Source: a virus
DNA: 64,000 nucleotides
Reading direction: 5' to 3' (one strand)
IMG/VR virus record: IMGVR_UViG_3300021512_000005
Span: 1-64,000 of that record
Part shown: positions 61,557 to 64,000 of the stretch, piece after piece
Layout of the letters: the number at the start of each line of letters is the position of its first letter
Numbering within the stretch: position 1 is the first letter of the stretch
The notes under the pieces: model-generated
What the model saw: the letters and a program-made list of their open reading frames with translations, nothing else
What the model was told of the DNA's origin: nothing
Databases searched by the model: none
Program-made: the position numbers and the translations under genes

Positions 61557-61868
61557 ATGAATATTATAAATAAAATAAAACAAAAAATATTTCCATTTAC
61601 ACATTCAATTGTATTAAGAAATGGAAAAAAATTAAATTGTAGATCTTCATTAGAAACAACATTATATGAAAATGAAAATGAAAAAAATATTTTAATTCTT
61701 GATTCAAGTGTAAATTTTAAACGAAAAATAATAACAATTAATAAAGATGATGTTTTATATTATATAGAACCATTTTCACTTGATAATTGGGATGAATTAA
61801 TATATAAATTATATTATAGTCCAAAAGAAAAAGAAGGTAAATCATATATTGAAAGTATATATGGGTGA
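61557..61868 (+). CDS. Hypothetical protein
   Basis: Coupled ORF. Confidence 0.5.
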   Translation: MNIINKIKQKIFPFTHSIVLRNGKKLNCRSSLETTLYENENEKNILILDSSVNFKRKIITINKDDVLYYIEPFSLDNWDELIYKLYYSPKEKEGKSYIESIYG

Positions 61869-62653
61869 TTTTAATGGAATATATACGCAATGATAAATTT
61901 AAAGATGAATTTAAAAAATTAGAATCAATGTATTTATTTCCATTGGGAGATGTACACTATGGTTCATCAACTTCAAATTATAAAGAATTTGAAAAATATC
62001 TTGAATTAGGTTCATCATTAGATAATGCTTATTTTATTTTTATGGGTGATCTTATGGAATCTGCAGGAAGAACATCACCTGGGATGTCTCAATTTACTCA
62101 AGATATTTTACCTCAAGAACAATATGATTGGGTAATAGAAACATTAACACCTGTAAAACATAAAGCATTAGTTTTTCATGGTGCTAATCATGAAAGAAGA
62201 GTGCAAATTTCAACAGGAATTGATATATCAAAAAATCAAGCACATGAACTTGGAATTAGATATGTTCCATTTTCATCAATTATGCGAATAAAATTAAAAA
62301 AATGTGCATATAATATTCATTCTATGCATGGGAGTGCTGGATCAACTTTATCTCATACAAAAATAAAAGCACATAAGGATGCAACTGCTCATATAGAAGG
62401 GGTAGATATTTATCTTATGGGTCATGTTCATTTTAATCATACTGAAGAAATAATTATTCGTAAACCAAATATTAAAGAAAAAAGAATTGATAAAATTAAA
62501 ATATATAAAATAATGACAGGACATTTTCTTGAATGGGATAATTCTTATGCTGAAGAAAAATCTTATAATCCATTACCAATGGGTGCTCCAATTCTAAAAT
62601 TAAATGGTTTAGAACGTGAAATTAAAGTTATGTCAATTGAGGATTTTAAATGA
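61865..62653 (+). CDS. Calcineurin-like metallophosphoesterase
   Basis: GDVHYG, GDLME, GANHE, MHG, GHVH. Confidence 0.88.
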   Translation: MILMEYIRNDKFKDEFKKLESMYLFPLGDVHYGSSTSNYKEFEKYLELGSSLDNAYFIFMGDLMESAGRTSPGMSQFTQDILPQEQYDWVIETLTPVKHKALVFHGANHERRVQISTGIDISKNQAHELGIRYVPFSSIMRIKLKKCAYNIHSMHGSAGSTLSHTKIKAHKDATAHIEGVDIYLMGHVHFNHTEEIIIRKPNIKEKRIDKIKIYKIMTGHFLEWDNSYAEEKSYNPLPMGAPILKLNGLEREIKVMSIEDFK

Positions 62654-62877
62654 TTAAATTAAAACCATGTAAACATCTTGATTATAATGAAGATGAATAT
62701 GATGCAGAATTAAGAACATATAAACATTTGGGTTATCCAGATGTAAAATATTGGTATAGAATTATTGTACCTTTTGATGATATTCCAAGAAAGGTTCAAT
62801 TTTGTAAAAAATATGGAAGAATAGATGGTATTTTTCAATGTTATACTGGTGAAATGTTTTGTTATGAAACTGAATAA
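62650..62877 (+). CDS. Small Cys-containing hypothetical protein
   Basis: ATGA-coupled ORF. Confidence 0.5.
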   Translation: MIKLKPCKHLDYNEDEYDAELRTYKHLGYPDVKYWYRIIVPFDDIPRKVQFCKKYGRIDGIFQCYTGEMFCYETE

Positions 62878-62895
62878 AAAAGAGGAATATAAAAA

Positions 62896-63489
62896 ATGAT
62901 AATAAAAGATATGCCTAAACTTCAATCACCTTTTGTACGTGAATTTAATGATAAACATGAATATGTAGTTATTGATGAAATAAATCCTGGATATGAATGG
63001 GTTTTTGAAGATCCAAAAGTTATTGCCGTTGAAAAACTTGATGGTACAAATGTAAGTATTATTATAAATGAAAATAATATTACAGATGTATTTAATCGAA
63101 CAGCACGAGTTCCTTTTATAAATAAAGGAAAACAATTTATTATTGAAGGAGTTCAAAATGCTTATGAAAGAGGATATTTAAAACTTTTACCAAATGGACA
63201 GCATTTTGGTGAAGTTATAGGCCCAAAACTTCAAAAAAATCCATATAAACTTGAAAAACATTTATTTGTTCCATTTTCTAAACTTCAAAAAGAATATATA
63301 TATAAATCTTGGGGTAAATATCCAAAAGATTTTGAATCAATTTCTGAATGGTTTAAAGATTTAAAACCTTTATTTGGACGAAAATATAATTCAGATTTTG
63401 TTGAAGGGATAGTTTTTACACATCCAGATGGTAGAATGGCAAAACTTCGACGGGATATGTTTGATTGGTATAAAGGAAAAAGACATTAA
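62896..63489 (+). CDS. RNA ligase-like nucleotidyltransferase
   Basis: EKLDGTN, FGEVIGPK…NP, EGIVF…MAKLRR. Confidence 0.8.
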   Translation: MIIKDMPKLQSPFVREFNDKHEYVVIDEINPGYEWVFEDPKVIAVEKLDGTNVSIIINENNITDVFNRTARVPFINKGKQFIIEGVQNAYERGYLKLLPNGQHFGEVIGPKLQKNPYKLEKHLFVPFSKLQKEYIYKSWGKYPKDFESISEWFKDLKPLFGRKYNSDFVEGIVFTHPDGRMAKLRRDMFDWYKGKRH

Positions 63490-63592
63490 ATGAATTATAT
63501 TGCAATGAGTTATATATGTGAGTATTGTTTAAAAGAAAATAAAAATCCTAATTGTAAAAAATGTAAAAAATTAAATAAAAAGGAAGATAAGA

Positions 63593-64000
63593 ATGAATAA
63601 AATAATTAATGAATATATAAAAGAAGGAAATTATAATAATGCTAATGCTAATTATTCTATTTCTGGATTAAAAGCAGAAATAGCTCATAAAATATTAAAA
63701 AAAGATTTATTATTTAAATCACCAGCAGGAAAATATCATAAATCGGGCGATTTATATCTTCATGATCTTTCTGGAGGTGAATATTCATCATATTGTGCAG
63801 GTCATGATCTTCAACTTTTATTACTAAATGGAATTAAAAATCCATCAGGAGGTTCATCAGAACCTGCAAAACATTTAGATGTGGTAGTAGATCATATTGT
63901 TAATTATATATATATTTCTCAAAATGAATTTGAAGGAGCACAAGCATTTAGTAATTTTGATACATATCTTGCACCATTTATAAAAAATGATAATTTAGAT
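63593..64000 (+). CDS. nrdD: Anaerobic (class III) ribonucleotide reductase, 5' part (not in track)
   Basis: Open to the window end: NANANYS…H.SGDLYLHDL…YCAG…PAKHLD…QNEFEGAQAFSNFDTYLAPFI. Confidence 0.9.
   Translation, partial: MNKIINEYIKEGNYNNANANYSISGLKAEIAHKILKKDLLFKSPAGKYHKSGDLYLHDLSGGEYSSYCAGHDLQLLLLNGIKNPSGGSSEPAKHLDVVVDHIVNYIYISQNEFEGAQAFSNFDTYLAPFIKNDNLD

Noticed and set aside
2474-63156. Many short antisense or alternate-frame ORFs in the track (e.g. 2906-3169, 23959-24267, 37562-37780, 59688-60014)
   Set aside because: They lie within well-supported genes, lack an RBS and have shadow-ORF composition.
1-64000. Integrated provirus or host chromosomal flanks; inteins in PolB, TerL or primase
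   Set aside because: No integrase, att site or cellular housekeeping block was seen, and protein lengths and motifs are continuous with no intein signatures.

Overview
The window is a large part of an AT-rich tailed-virus (Caudoviricetes, siphovirus-like) genome. The host is very likely an anaerobic archaeon: PolB ends in a PCNA PIP-box, promoters have BRE/TATA form, there is a TFB-like Zn ribbon and a class III RNR. Layout: (+) 3' part of PolB and a papain-like protease (1-2822); (-) a long morphogenesis region running TerS, TerL, portal, effector array with MuF, prohead protease, scaffold, major capsid, fibres, head-tail connectors, tail tube, chaperone with a -1 frameshift, short tape measure and tail tip (41620 down to 2823); (-) an accessory region built from 8 copies of a promoter/RBS cassette (42.4-50.1 kb); a repeat-rich probable origin next to a primase-helicase; (+) a replication and nucleotide-metabolism arm with Cas4-like nuclease, ligase, SSB, tRNA-Lys, phosphoesterase, RNA ligase and NrdD. 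The most notable feature is a set of about 14 head-module genes sharing a modular leader (IEINLxxL.K, then a basic hairpin, often ERGTHEGYVTVHRQGKxFQRKQRLG). The leader is fused to interchangeable toxin-like domains: 4 ADP-ribosyltransferases, 2 zincins, 2 kinases and a JAB domain. Most of these enzyme genes are followed by a small, often unannotated, coupled partner ORF. I interpret this as a capsid-targeted, protease-matured polymorphic effector/immunity system. All family assignments are from motif recognition by eye; no searches were run.
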